48,296 nt of DNA from Candidatus Nomurabacteria bacterium (lineage in GTDB: Bacteria > Patescibacteriota > Minisyncoccia > Phycocordibacterales > SBAW01): NCBI GenBank assembly GCA_943348815.1, contig CALQYT010000001.1:158994-207289 (forward strand), given 5' to 3'. The position numbers and the translations under genes were made by a program. The notes under the pieces were generated by a model. It saw nothing but the letters and a program-made list of their open reading frames with translations, was not told the DNA's origin and searched no databases. Each line of letters starts with the position of its first letter. The first letter of the stretch is position 1. Positions 7,730 through 16,158 of the stretch are shown piece after piece.

Positions 7730-10370
7730 TATGCCGGTTACAACCCCTGCACCAACTACCCCGCCAGCCACAGGATCCCTCGTTGTTTCGACCGATGCTT
7801 CGAACCCGTCCTACCAAATCGTTGCAGGTGGCATGACCGGCGTCACGATGGGGGACTTCCTCTTTGGTGCGCAGGGTGAGTCTATGACCTTAACGAAAGT
7901 CGGGTTGCGCCTCGATAGCGGCAAACCCAGCGATCTTATACAAGCCTACATTTATAACGGCTCAACCTTGCTTGGTACCGCAACATTTACGGGCACCAAC
8001 ACCACGGCAACTTCGACCCTTATGACCCCCATAACGGTTATGAAGGAAAAGACCGTAGGAGGTCGGATCACGGTCAAAGTTGATGTTAGCTCAGTCGGCG
8101 TTTCAGGACCGGCAACCTCCGGTGACCTTATCCAGGTCTCAGTGCTCAACTACGAAGCGGTAGGACAGAGTACAGGGGTGACCGTTCCTGGCAGCGCTTC
8201 GACCAACGTTGCGGGCGTACGCATCTTTAAATCGTATCCAACGATCGCAAGTACTCCATTACCGACGAGCGTACTCACTGCCGGTGTGTCACAACGACTC
8301 ATCCGGGTGATTGTCAGCGCCAACTCATCGGGCCCGGTCGGCATTCAACAACTGACCTTCAACACCGGCTATTCGGCAGCAGTTACTCTAAACAATCTCA
8401 AACTCTACGCGTTCACTGACAGCGCCTTCTCTCAACAAGCACCCGGGACTGCTGCAACGACGCTTCTCTATGGTGCAAAAAATGGCAGCAACGAACTTAA
8501 CTTCAACTCACCCATCGAAATTCCTGCCGGTCAGGCAATGTTCTTTGAGTTGCGCGGCGATATAAACCTGCAACAAGGCTTGCAGCCAGGTACGGCCTCT
8601 GTGGTGACCCAACTGGTTGGTGACACGGCATACGCCGGGCTTGGCAACGCGGTCACCATCGACAGCTCGTCACCAAACTCAAACTTTATTTGGTCACCCA
8701 ATACTCGCACTACTTCGGCTGCGACTGATGCCGATTGGACTAACGGGTACGGTGTTGCCGGGCTTTCTCAAACTATCTCGCAGTCGATCTCGAGTAGCGG
8801 CACTACGGTGCCAAACCCGGTGCTCACGTTTTCTGCGGTGCCGAGCAGCATATCGTCGGGGAACTCATCCTCGCTGCACTGGACTGCGGCCAACTCAGGC
8901 CTCTGCGCCATCACTAACCAACAAACCGGTGTTGCGCTCGACCTCTCTCATGCAAATGATAATTCGAGCGGCACCTTCTCTGCGGTTTCGACTGGAGCTT
9001 TGACTCAATCAACCACTTTCCGCTTGCGTTGCGCACCGCTTACGGGTGCCACGGGCGGCGATGCGGTAAGCGATGTCACCGTCATGGTTACGCCAATAAC
9101 GACCCCGAACACCTGCAAAGCACCCCACATACGGCCGCTCGGTGCTACGGGCTCAAGCCCCAATCAGGAGTTCGGCTATGCATTGTCGGCGGATCAGGTT
9201 GTCACCTGGACAGCGCCAAGTCTTCCATCGTGGGCAGCACTCAAAGCTGATCAAATTTATGTGAAGTCTCCTGGCGAAGGAAGCTACACTATTTCTGTCA
9301 CGGCGACGAACAGCTGTGGAGCAAGCGATACCTCGGTGGGCACGCTCATTGTTTCGAATGGTTCTGCGGCGCTTGATCAACCCAACCAGACGACGACCAG
9401 CGGTACACCAACGATCTCTGGCACATCGCCGAATGTCGGCGCAGTTGGCATAACGATCAGCAACAGTGGTGGCAAAGTCTACGGTAGTGGTCAGGTTGGC
9501 AACAGTGGCGGCAAATGGTCCGTTGTAGTCTCTCCGGCACTTCCCGTCGGCAGTTACGCGGTGAATGTGTACAACTACTTTAGCAACGTAAATCTCACCT
9601 CAGGCACGCTCACGATTCAAGGAGCTTCTCCAACTCCAAAAAAAATAGTTTTGACCTCCGGCTCGAGCTGGACAGTGCCGAGCGATTGGAATAACTCAAA
9701 CAATACTATCGAAGCAATTGGCGGTGGTGGTGGCGGCGGTAACTCAGGCGGTGGCGGTGGAGGAGGTGGCGGCGGAGGCGGCTATGCTTCGCGCACCAAC
9801 GTGTCTCTCACCGCGGGAGCGAGCATAGCTATTCGAATCGGCGCAGGTGGTGTTGGGGGCAATGGGTACGGAGACAATGCGAACGGTACTAACGGCGGTG
9901 CGACCTCCTTTAACGGATGCGGCAGCGCAACCAGCGTATGCGCAAGCGGCGGCTCGGGCGGTACTCAAATACAAGACACTTCAAATCCGGGTGGGCCGGG
10001 TGGTAGCGGTACGGTCGGTGCAACGATGCAAAACGGTGCGGCCGGAGCGTACGGCTCGGGTCGACCGGGTGGCGCGGGTGGCGCGGCGGGTGGAAGTGCC
10101 GGCGGCTCGTATGGTCGCGGAGGCAATGGAGGTGACTGGGGTGGTGGTGTAGGCGCTGCAGGTAGCACAGGTACCATCATCATTAGCTACACGCCGGCAA
10201 CAACTGCCTCTAATGCCGTAGCCTCTGTTGCGGCATCAGAAAATACTTTCTCCCTCGCCAACTGGTTTGGAGATGCAACCTCAATGACTGCGGCAGTAGC
10301 GGCAGTGCCGGTGCAAGTACTGATCGGCGCATTTACCGAACTGTTTCTCGCGATCGGGCTCGGTAATTAA
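7695..10370 (+). CDS. large surface protein (PT linker, beta-rich Ig-like regions, glycine-rich C-terminal domain, hydrophobic tail)
   Basis: 891-aa ORF. As drawn it starts at TTG and lacks a signal peptide. It contains PVTTPAPTTPPATG, S/T/N-rich repeats, SSWTVPSDW...IEAIGGGGGGG (Gly_rich-like) and a C-terminal VPVQVLIGAFTELFLAIGLG. Confidence 0.8.
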   Translation: MDNVQLALGIGDMPVTTPAPTTPPATGSLVVSTDASNPSYQIVAGGMTGVTMGDFLFGAQGESMTLTKVGLRLDSGKPSDLIQAYIYNGSTLLGTATFTGTNTTATSTLMTPITVMKEKTVGGRITVKVDVSSVGVSGPATSGDLIQVSVLNYEAVGQSTGVTVPGSASTNVAGVRIFKSYPTIASTPLPTSVLTAGVSQRLIRVIVSANSSGPVGIQQLTFNTGYSAAVTLNNLKLYAFTDSAFSQQAPGTAATTLLYGAKNGSNELNFNSPIEIPAGQAMFFELRGDINLQQGLQPGTASVVTQLVGDTAYAGLGNAVTIDSSSPNSNFIWSPNTRTTSAATDADWTNGYGVAGLSQTISQSISSSGTTVPNPVLTFSAVPSSISSGNSSSLHWTAANSGLCAITNQQTGVALDLSHANDNSSGTFSAVSTGALTQSTTFRLRCAPLTGATGGDAVSDVTVMVTPITTPNTCKAPHIRPLGATGSSPNQEFGYALSADQVVTWTAPSLPSWAALKADQIYVKSPGEGSYTISVTATNSCGASDTSVGTLIVSNGSAALDQPNQTTTSGTPTISGTSPNVGAVGITISNSGGKVYGSGQVGNSGGKWSVVVSPALPVGSYAVNVYNYFSNVNLTSGTLTIQGASPTPKKIVLTSGSSWTVPSDWNNSNNTIEAIGGGGGGGNSGGGGGGGGGGGGYASRTNVSLTAGASIAIRIGAGGVGGNGYGDNANGTNGGATSFNGCGSATSVCASGGSGGTQIQDTSNPGGPGGSGTVGATMQNGAAGAYGSGRPGGAGGAAGGSAGGSYGRGGNGGDWGGGVGAAGSTGTIIISYTPATTASNAVASVAASENTFSLANWFGDATSMTAAVAAVPVQVLIGAFTELFLAIGLGN

Positions 10371-10392
10371 ATTACAAAAAATAAAACAAAAG

Positions 10393-10416
10393 CGGCTCCC
10401 GTAGGGGAGCCGTTTT
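10393..10416 (+). terminator. intrinsic terminator
   Basis: CGGCTCCC-GTAG-GGGAGCCG followed by TTTT. Confidence 0.7.
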
Positions 10417-10618
10417 AATTGAAACTGCCGGCGGGGAACACGTGGAGCACGCCGTCCTCACCAATGTAAAAGCAGGGCCATTGGTTGACCACTGCGTAGC
10501 GGAGTTCAAACGCAGTCTATCGAGAGTTGCGCTTGTGGCAAGGGGTGATTGAATAGTAGTAGACGACCCTTCTGAACTACGCTGTAACAGCACACCTAGC
10601 ACACCAAGGGGTACTGTA

Positions 10619-11209
10619 ATGCAAAAATCACCTTTGCTTGTCGCACGCGATGCTATCCTCGGCAAAAGCGAATCTCCGGATACGGCGCTCGAGCCGGGCG
10701 AAACCCGGTTTGCGGTCGAACTCTCGTTCCCCATAGCCGACAAGGTGGGGCGTCCTCCGCGATCATTCGTCACCAAGGTGGTGTATGCACCGAAGAAAAA
10801 ACATCTGGTGATGGGTACGGCATTGAGAGAGCCGTGCTTTGCGCCGCCACCCAAGAGTAATAAGTTTTTTCAAGCGTTGGATGCCCGGGTGGCACCGTTC
10901 CTCGACGAACCAGTTGGCGGCGGTGGTCGCCTACTCAGCTTTCCCACCGAGGCCGATCCAACGCTGCATGTAGCAGGGCACCGGGCGATCTTCAACTGCG
11001 CTGAAGCTGATGAAGAAATGTTGTTCCAGGCCTTCCACTCGGTCTTCTTTCGGACTATGGTGGGACTCCTCTTGATCCATCCCATCGTGGCTCATCTTGC
11101 GGTCGGCAGGGTTCCTGACGTCGGAGAGCAAATGCGTCTGCTCACCATTGAGTCTGGACTCCAGCAGATGGTGGTTCCTAACGAAAAAGAAACAATAGCC
11201 CGCCACTAG
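10619..11209 (+). CDS. questionable ORF / orphan hypothetical
   Basis: Longest ORF (196 aa) in an 850-bp gap. No motif or RBS, and antisense ORFs of similar quality overlap it. Confidence 0.3.
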   Translation: MQKSPLLVARDAILGKSESPDTALEPGETRFAVELSFPIADKVGRPPRSFVTKVVYAPKKKHLVMGTALREPCFAPPPKSNKFFQALDARVAPFLDEPVGGGGRLLSFPTEADPTLHVAGHRAIFNCAEADEEMLFQAFHSVFFRTMVGLLLIHPIVAHLAVGRVPDVGEQMRLLTIESGLQQMVVPNEKETIARH

Positions 11210-11267
11210 TTTGGCGGACTTTTTGTAATTCATCGACGCTTGAGGCGTCATATGATACGTTAAGCCC

Positions 11268-12248
11268 ATGCATAAACTAGCTAAAATAATTGCGGTCGGG
11301 GCTCTCGTTACTATGGCGCTGCCAGTGCTTGCCCAGGTATATACCTACCCGAGCTATCCGGTTTCTTCGCCCCCTATATACAACTCTTGCCCGCAACTTT
11401 CGTTCAATCTTTATCGTGGCCTTTCTGACTATTACCCTGGCCGGGCAGGCACCCAAGGGCAGGTAACGATGCTGCAGCAATTTTTGGCAGCGCGCGGCTA
11501 TGCGCAGGGCGTGACCGGTTATTTTGGCAATCAAACCTGGGCCAATGTTGCGCGCTTCCAGCAAGAACAAGCGGTGTATCCAATCACCGGTGGGGTAGGG
11601 CCGCTGACGCGCGCCGCAATACAACGCGTGTGCGGTGGTATACCGACTCCAATTCCGACTCCGGGCGGTGCCATCTCTATCACTAATGTGAGCGGACCAA
11701 ACGCACTAGCGGTGGGGCAAACGGGCACCTGGAGTATCACGACCAATGCAGCGTACGGCAGCACTGTTTCGATGAGTGTTCGTTGGGGCGATGAAAATAT
11801 GTACGCTTACGGTGTCGCTTCAGCCCAAAGCCCGTCGTACATTAGTCAGCAAAATACTTTTACGCACAGCTACCAATCTGCGGGCACTTACACCATTACC
11901 TTTTCGGTGACCGATCAATACGGCCGCACTAACAGTGCGTCTGCGACGGTGCAGGTAACCGGTGGTGTTTCTCAAGGCACTATCTCAGCCTATCCGCAAT
12001 CGGGTTACGCCCCGCTCGTGGTTACTTTCACGCCTAATAATCTTTCGTCCGGCGGCTATTATGCGGTCTCGTTTGGTGATGGCACGAGTGCCACTATGCT
12101 CCAGGGCCCGGTGACTCATACCTATGCGGCACGCGGTACTTATACGGCTCAGTTTACGAGCGACTTGCCTTGTTTACACACGACACCGCAGTGCTACACT
12201 TTTGCAGCGCAGCAAAATTACGGTTCGGTCACCATCAACGTCTTTTAG
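11268..12248 (+). CDS. secreted protein with peptidoglycan-binding domain and two PKD-like domains
   Basis: Signal peptide AVGALVTMALPVLAQ. QVTMLQQFLAARGYAQGVTGYFGNQTWANVARFQQ resembles PG_binding_1. TFTHSYQSAGTYTITFSVTDQYGRTNSASATVQV and VTHTYAARGTYTAQF resemble PKD domains. Confidence 0.8.
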   Translation: MHKLAKIIAVGALVTMALPVLAQVYTYPSYPVSSPPIYNSCPQLSFNLYRGLSDYYPGRAGTQGQVTMLQQFLAARGYAQGVTGYFGNQTWANVARFQQEQAVYPITGGVGPLTRAAIQRVCGGIPTPIPTPGGAISITNVSGPNALAVGQTGTWSITTNAAYGSTVSMSVRWGDENMYAYGVASAQSPSYISQQNTFTHSYQSAGTYTITFSVTDQYGRTNSASATVQVTGGVSQGTISAYPQSGYAPLVVTFTPNNLSSGGYYAVSFGDGTSATMLQGPVTHTYAARGTYTAQFTSDLPCLHTTPQCYTFAAQQNYGSVTINVF

Positions 12249-12251
12249 CCC

Positions 12252-12279
12252 TTGCACTTTGGACGGGGTTTGCTAGTAT
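12252..12279 (+). promoter_or_regulatory. sigma70-like promoter TTGCAC-16-TAGTAT for tuf
   Basis: Hexamers at 12252-12257 and 12274-12279, 84 nt upstream of tuf. Confidence 0.45.
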
Positions 12280-12362
12280 GGGCAACAACACGCTTCGCGC
12301 GGGTTTGGTGTGCTCAAAAATTAGTTAGATTATTATTGGTCTTAATTATTTAAGTTTTTTGT

Positions 12363-13556
12363 ATGGCAAACTTTGAACGAACTAAGCCGCACCTCAACGT
12401 CGGCACCATTGGGCACGTCGACCACGGCAAGACCACGCTCACCGCGGCTATCACGCACGTGTTGGACATGGCTAAAGGGCAAGGTTACGGCGCCCGTGTT
12501 GAAGGCGTCGACAAGATCGACAACGCTCCGGAGGAAAAGGCACGCGGTATTACCATTGCACTCCACCACTCGGAGTACGAAACGCCGAATCGCCACTACG
12601 CGCACATCGACGCGCCGGGCCACGCCGACTACATCAAGAACATGATCACCGGTGCCGCTCAAATGGACGGCGCAATCCTCGTGGTTGCGGCAACCGACGG
12701 CGCCATGCCGCAGACGCGCGAGCACATTCTCCTTGCTCGCCAAGTGGGCGTACCCAAGATCGTTGTCTTCCTCAACAAAGTAGACATGGTTGATGACAAA
12801 GACCTCGTCGACCTCGTTGAAGAGGAAGTTAAAGAACTTCTCAAGAAGCAGGGCTACACCGACTCGCCGGTTATCCGCGGCTCGGGTCTCAAAGCACTCG
12901 AAGCTAAGTCGCTCGACGATGAGTGGGCCAAGAAGGTGCTTGAGCTTGCAAACACGCTCGACAGCTATATCCCAGAGCCAAAACGCGAGCTCGACAAACC
13001 CTTCCTCATGCCGGTTGAAGACATCTTCTCGATCGAAGGTCGCGGCACCGTGGTGACCGGCCGCATCGAACGCGGTGTCATTAAAGTAGGTGAGGAAATC
13101 GAGATCATCGGTCTCCAGCCGACGACCAAGACGACCGTTACCGGTATCGAAATGTTTAACAAGCAGCTTGAGACCGGTCAGGCCGGCGACAACGCAGGTA
13201 TTCTCCTCCGCGGCACTGCCAAGGATGATATCCACCGCGGTCAGGTGCTTGCGAAACCAGGTTCGGTAACCCCGCACACCGAGTTTGAGGCCGAGGTGTA
13301 TGTCCTCACCAAGGACGAGGGTGGCCGTCACACGCCGTTCTTTACCGGCTACAAACCGCAGTTCTATGTCCGCACAACCGACGTGACCGGCGAGGTAACA
13401 CTCCCAACCGGTACCGAGATGGTTATGCCGGGCGATACGATCACCTTTAAGGTCAAACTCGTCGCCCCCGTGGCGATGGAAAACCAGACCCGCTTTGCAG
13501 TCCGCGAAGGCGGCAAGACGGTAGGTGCCGGAGTGGTTACAAAAATTGTTGCGTAA
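12363..13556 (+). CDS. tuf: translation elongation factor Tu
   Basis: [15 protein letters not shown] and [21 protein letters not shown] motifs. 397 aa. Confidence 0.97.
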   Translation: MANFERTKPHLNVGTIGHVDHGKTTLTAAITHVLDMAKGQGYGARVEGVDKIDNAPEEKARGITIALHHSEYETPNRHYAHIDAPGHADYIKNMITGAAQMDGAILVVAATDGAMPQTREHILLARQVGVPKIVVFLNKVDMVDDKDLVDLVEEEVKELLKKQGYTDSPVIRGSGLKALEAKSLDDEWAKKVLELANTLDSYIPEPKRELDKPFLMPVEDIFSIEGRGTVVTGRIERGVIKVGEEIEIIGLQPTTKTTVTGIEMFNKQLETGQAGDNAGILLRGTAKDDIHRGQVLAKPGSVTPHTEFEAEVYVLTKDEGGRHTPFFTGYKPQFYVRTTDVTGEVTLPTGTEMVMPGDTITFKVKLVAPVAMENQTRFAVREGGKTVGAGVVTKIVA

Positions 13557-13570
13557 TTTTTGTCACCACA

Positions 13571-13679
13571 AATAGCAAGTACCAAATCACAAGTAACAAA
13601 AAAGTATCAAAACTTCAAGTTTTAAATACTTTACATTTATTTGACATTTGATGCTTGAAACTTGATACTTTACGAAGTC
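13571..13679 (+). repeat. AT-rich word-repeat spacer, family 2 copy A
   Basis: Shares CAAGTACCAAAT, AAGTATCAAAA, CTTGAAACTTGA and CTTGATACTT, in the same order, with 24993-25085. Shares CAAATCACAAG with 23457-23496. Confidence 0.7.
13641..13669 (+). promoter_or_regulatory. sigma70 promoter TTGACA-17-GATACT for rpsJ
   Basis: Consensus -35 at 13641-13646 and -10 at 13664-13669. Only 10 nt separate the -10 from ATG 13680. Confidence 0.5.
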
Positions 13680-14051
13680 ATGCCAACTGAAACTAAAAAG
13701 AAAACAGCTCCCAAAAGGGCAAAGAAACCTGCCGAACCAGCAGCCCCTCAACGACTTCGTATAAAGGTGCGCGCGTACGAGCACAAAGTGCTCGATGCGT
13801 CGGTGAAGCAGATTCTCGACACCGCATTGCGCTATGATGCAAAAGTTGCGGGCCCGATTCCTCTGCCGACCGAAATTAAAAAGTATACGGTCAACCGCTC
13901 GACGTTTATCTACAAAGATGCACGCGAGCAGTTTGAGATGCGGGTCCACAAGCGCGTGATCGACATCCTCGATCCGTCTCCGAAAGTCATCGAAGCTCTG
14001 ACGAACCTCTCGCTCCCTTCTGGCGTGACGATCGACGTCAAGATGGCGTAA
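13680..14051 (+). CDS. rpsJ: 30S ribosomal protein S10 with Lys-rich N-terminal extension
   Basis: [15 protein letters not shown] and GPIPLPT motifs. Start at ATG 13680 within ORF 13662-14051. Confidence 0.9.
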   Translation: MPTETKKKTAPKRAKKPAEPAAPQRLRIKVRAYEHKVLDASVKQILDTALRYDAKVAGPIPLPTEIKKYTVNRSTFIYKDAREQFEMRVHKRVIDILDPSPKVIEALTNLSLPSGVTIDVKMA

Positions 14052-14065
14052 AGAAGATTTTAAAC

Positions 14066-14094
14066 AAAAAGCTCCTCGCAAGAGGGGCTTTTTG
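14066..14094. terminator. bidirectional intrinsic terminator after rpsJ
   Basis: AAAAAGCTCCTC-GCAA-GAGGGGCTTTTT. Confidence 0.65.
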
Positions 14095-14123
14095 TTGCAC
14101 AAATTTTAAACGCACTTCATACT
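14095..14123 (+). promoter_or_regulatory. sigma70-like promoter TTGCAC-17-CATACT
   Basis: Hexamers at 14095-14100 and 14118-14123, directly upstream of the GC-rich non-coding element. Confidence 0.4.
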
Positions 14124-14129
14124 AAAAAG

Positions 14130-14460
14130 GCGAGGGGACTCTCTCGGTCTTGCCGCACGCACTGTGCGCGCGGTGGGTTCTGCCGAGAAAAGCCTTTGTT
14201 GGTTGGCATCCACAACTGCTGGCTGGCCGGGGCGCGCAGTGCGCTCCGGCTGGTCGAAAAATTCACCCGACACCCAATGAACTTGGAGGACGTGTCGTGT
14301 ACGATGGTTTTAGTGCGGACCAAGGTCCCTTGGCCTCGCGCGCAACAGCGCGCTTTTGGGCAAATCTTGACTATTGGTTCGAGCGGTTGGGTGGGGGTGG
14401 TCACGCCCACGCTTCCCGAACTGCGCGAATGATCTATCGGGTTCATCGCAATTATTAAAA
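14130..14460 (+). ncRNA. candidate structured non-coding RNA, family unknown, strand tentative
   Basis: About 330 nt at about 60% GC (hand count). No protein-like ORF. At least six local hairpins. Bounded by a promoter and a strong terminator. Confidence 0.4.
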
Positions 14461-14484
14461 GCCTGACCTCTGTCAGGCTTTTTT
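14461..14484 (+). terminator. intrinsic terminator
   Basis: GCCTGAC-CTCT-GTCAGGC followed by T6. Confidence 0.7.
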
Positions 14485-14493
14485 GTTTAAAAT

Positions 14494-14522
14494 TTGCATA
14501 AAACCAGACACTCGGGTATAGT
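14494..14522 (+). promoter_or_regulatory. sigma70-like promoter TTGCAT-17-TATAGT for rplC operon
   Basis: Hexamers at 14494-14499 and 14517-14522, 58 nt upstream of rplC. Confidence 0.45.
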
Positions 14523-14580
14523 CCCTGGGACGCCTTAAATAGCGTTGATCCGCGTCGGCCTACGCCGACCTACAGACAAC

Positions 14581-15222
14581 ATGACGAAATTAATCCTTGG
14601 AACCAAGGGCAAGATGCTTACGGTATTTACCGACGACGGTCGGGCCTTTGCCGCAACCGTGGTTAACGCTGCTCCCAACATGGTGACGCAAATCAAAACG
14701 AAAGAAAAAGAGGGCTACGCTGCCATGCAAGTGGGTGCACTCGAGACAAAGCCGGTGCGTATTAACAAAGCGCAGCTTGGTCACACCAAAGGTAAAGCAC
14801 TGCGATTTTTCCGCGAGTTGCGTCCGCGCGCCGCGATGGTGGGTGGCGAAGTTGCCACTAATTTTCCTGAACTTGGTTCGACGATCGATGTTTCGACTTT
14901 TACCGTCGGAGACAAAGTAACCGTATCGGCAGTTTCGAAAGGCAAAGGCTTCCAGGGCGTGGTTAAGCGCCATGGCTTCCACGGTGGTCCGCGCTCGCAC
15001 GGTCAAAAGCACTCTGAGCGCTCGCCCGGCTCTATCGGCGGCTCGGGTGGTCGCGCCGGTGGTCGTGTGGCCAAAGGTATGCGCATGGCCGGCCGTATGG
15101 GCCAAGATCGTGTGACGGTGCGCAACCTTGCAGTCTTGCAAGTACTCCCCGAAACCAACGAGCTTGTGATCGCCGGCGCAATACCCGGTCGTCGCGGCAC
15201 GCTGGTAGAAATCCGCGGATAA
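14581..15222 (+). CDS. rplC: 50S ribosomal protein L3
   Basis: FQGVVKRHGFHGGPRSHG motif. Start at ATG 14581 (MTKLILGTKG) within ORF 14545-15222. Confidence 0.93.
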   Translation: MTKLILGTKGKMLTVFTDDGRAFAATVVNAAPNMVTQIKTKEKEGYAAMQVGALETKPVRINKAQLGHTKGKALRFFRELRPRAAMVGGEVATNFPELGSTIDVSTFTVGDKVTVSAVSKGKGFQGVVKRHGFHGGPRSHGQKHSERSPGSIGGSGGRAGGRVAKGMRMAGRMGQDRVTVRNLAVLQVLPETNELVIAGAIPGRRGTLVEIRG

Positions 15223-15230
15223 ATAAATCT

Positions 15231-15866
15231 ATGGAAACTAAACTTTTTAACATACAAGGCAAAGAAGTAGGCAAGCTCGAAATCCCCGAAGGTGTTTTTG
15301 GGTTGCCGTGGAATGCCGACTTGGTGCACCAGGTCGTCACCTCGATGCAGGCCAACTTGCGTGGCCCTATTGCTAACACCAAAGGTCGCGGCGAAGTGCG
15401 CGGCGGCGGCAAAAAGCCTTGGCAGCAAAAGGGCACCGGTCGCGCGCGCCACGGCTCGAGCCGCTCGCCAATCTGGAAGGGTGGCGGTGTAACGCACGGT
15501 CCGCTCAAAGAGGCTATCTACACGACGAAGATCAACCGCGGCATGGCGCAAAAAGCGTTTCTTGTTGCACTCTCGCGTAAGTACAAAGATGGTGAAATAG
15601 TGTTTGTCGACGGTGTTTCGATGGCCGAACCAAAAGCAGCTGAGGCTAAGAAGTTCCTCGCCGCCTTTGCGATACAAAAACGAAACAACGCCGCACTGGT
15701 GGCACTTCCTACCCGCGATGTTGCTACCCAAAAGAGCTTCCGCAACTTTGGCAATGTCGAGGTTGAGGAAGTGCGCAACTTAAACACACTCTCGATCCTT
15801 TCTAAAAAAACGCTCTTCATTGTTGATCCGAAAAACGCCTTCGAAATTCTGAACAAAAAAATATAA
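15231..15866 (+). CDS. rplD: 50S ribosomal protein L4
   Basis: RGEVRGGGKKPWQQKGTGRARHGS motif. Confidence 0.93.
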   Translation: METKLFNIQGKEVGKLEIPEGVFGLPWNADLVHQVVTSMQANLRGPIANTKGRGEVRGGGKKPWQQKGTGRARHGSSRSPIWKGGGVTHGPLKEAIYTTKINRGMAQKAFLVALSRKYKDGEIVFVDGVSMAEPKAAEAKKFLAAFAIQKRNNAALVALPTRDVATQKSFRNFGNVEVEEVRNLNTLSILSKKTLFIVDPKNAFEILNKKI

Positions 15867-15868
15867 TT

Positions 15869-16156
15869 ATGAACAAGCACCCAAGCACCATACTCTTTGC
15901 ACCGCGCATCACCGAAAAGGCCGCCTACCTCGGCGAGCAGGGCGCGTACGCGTTTAATGTCGCACCAAGTGCGACTAAACGCGAGGTTGCCGCCGCGATA
16001 CACGAGGTCTACAAAGTGCATCCGCGCAAAGTTACCCTGGTGCGCATTCCGCGCAAGCAAGTAAAGGTCCGCAACAGCAACCGAGTAGGCCACAGCGCGG
16101 GCGGCAAAAAAGCTTACGTGTTTCTTAAACAGGGTGACAAGATCGAAATTGCATAA
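15869..16156 (+). CDS. rplW: 50S ribosomal protein L23
   Basis: 95 aa. ITEKAAYL...YAFNVAPSATKREVAAAIHEVYKV. Position in S10 order. Confidence 0.9.
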   Translation: MNKHPSTILFAPRITEKAAYLGEQGAYAFNVAPSATKREVAAAIHEVYKVHPRKVTLVRIPRKQVKVRNSNRVGHSAGGKKAYVFLKQGDKIEIA

Positions 16157-16158
16157 GT

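Noticed and set aside
12342-13331. 329-aa ORF antisense to tuf. Similar long antisense ORFs lie at 5972-6733 and 5150-5698 (fusA), 15003-15731 and 15518-16093 (rplC-rplW), 17034-17834, 19385-20497 (rplN-rplE), 24135-24923, 25453-26172 and 29692-30651.
   Set aside because: These are shadow ORFs opposite strongly conserved genes. Their translations are low-complexity or R/F/V-rich with no motifs.
14385-14450. 5S rRNA-like stretch (GGUGGUCACGCCCACGCUUCCCGAACU versus 5S GGUGGUCCCACCUGACCCCAUGCCGAACU).
   Set aside because: The similarity stops after CCGAACU. The loop C/E motifs (AGAAGUGAAAC, GAUGGUAGU) and a helix I are absent.
14110-14456. RNase P RNA on the minus strand. The minus-sense GGGAAGCGUGGGC resembles CR-I GAGGAAAGUCCGGGC. 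GCAGAACCCACC resembles CR-V ACAGAACCCGGC, with GUGGG/CCCAC able to form a P4-like helix. A GGGUGAA element is also present.
   Set aside because: There is no room or sequence for P1-P3 upstream of the CR-I-like element. An extra 9-bp hairpin sits where only the P2 and P1 3' strands should be. The AAAGUCC core and the CR-II to CR-IV motifs are not recognisable. The promoter and terminator favour the other strand. I kept it as an unknown ncRNA candidate, and a covariance-model search should decide.
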